From Octopus bimaculoides (Eukaryota): DNA of 64,000 bases. The translations under genes were made by a program, and so were the position numbers. Under the pieces are notes generated by a model, which was not told the origin of the DNA, made no database searches, and was given only the letters and a program-made list of their open reading frames with translations. Of this stretch, positions 63,325 through 64,000 are shown one piece after another. The number at the start of each line of letters is the position of its first letter. Position 1 is the stretch's first letter. The DNA lies in the NCBI RefSeq assembly GCF_001194135.2, contig NC_068991.1:49773916-49837915 (forward strand). The letters are read 5' to 3'.

Positions 63325-63885
63325 CATCATCATCATTTAACGTCCGGTTTCCATGCTAGCATGGGTTGGACGACTTGACCAAGGACTGGCAAACCGGATG
63401 GCTGCACCAGGCTCCAATCTGATCTGGCAAAGTTTCTACAGCTGGATGCCCTTTCTAATGCCAACCACTCCGAGAGTGTAGTGGGTGCTTTTACGTGCCA
63501 CCAGCACAAGGGCCAGTCAGGCGGTACTGGCAATGACCACATTCAAAATAGTGTTTTTTACATGCCACCTGCACAGGAGCCAGTCCAGCGGCACTGGTAG
63601 TGACCTCACTCAAATGTTTTCTAACGTGCCACCAGCACACAAGTGCCAGTGAGGTGATGCTGGTAACGATCACACTCAAATGGTGCTCAGACAGGTACTC
63701 TGGCAATGATCACACTTGGACGGTGCTGTTAGTGCTCCACTGGCACAGGTGCCAGTCATCGAATATTGTTCAATTATTATTTCGATTTCACTTGCCCCAA
63801 CAGGTCTTCGCAAGCAGAGTTTAGTGTCCAATGAAGGAGAGGTTGGCATGGGTGCCAGCCGTCGAATTTGGTTCGATTTTGATTT
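63325..63885 (-). mobile_element. RTE-tail SINE, longer variant with several ~60-nt hairpin modules
   Basis: Same 3' portion as 61605-61995, followed by repeated gccagt...actggcaa.gacca/tcac.ctcaaa units. Confidence 0.85.
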
Positions 63886-64000
63886 CACTTGCCTTGACTG
63901 GTCTTTGCAAGCAATCCTTCCCTATTATTGGTTTCAGTCACTTGACTAAGGCCATGTAATATGTAAAGTATAGGATCATAAATACAATGCAATTCTAGTA

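Noticed and set aside
63505-63780. Repeat-spacer-like periodicity reminiscent of a CRISPR array
   Set aside because: Eukaryotic intron, the units are diverged internal SINE modules without unique spacers, and there are no cas genes.

Overview
AT-rich animal genomic DNA with scaffold gaps. The SINE/RTE repeats and dense (TA)n/(CA)n tracts suggest an octopus or other coleoid cephalopod (inference). Two convergent intron-containing genes are present. (1) The last four coding exons of an MSK/RPS6KA5-type kinase lie on + (459-8307), ending in a long Ser/Thr-rich tail. (2) Most of an EML/EMAP (HELP + WD40 TAPE domain) gene lies on - (about 57750 down to about 15000). I reconstructed 13 complete exons and one partial exon with consistent GT-AG sites and phases. 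Two expected exons are missing and probably lie in N-gaps whose edges look like splice acceptors. The introns hold tRNA-derived SINEs, RTE and CR1/L2-type LINE relics, several Tc1/mariner relics and a TTAA-flanked piggyBac-type MITE family. Top leads: (a) a near-perfect 266-bp palindrome in an MSK intron whose arms each carry a minimal Penelope-type hammerhead ribozyme core; (b) a candidate 51-nt in-frame EML cassette exon encoding an RVxF PP1-docking motif; (c) a copy of an EML exon/intron junction sitting next to a 5'-truncated LINE inside the same gene. No database searches were run. Homology statements come from recognised motifs and recalled sequences.
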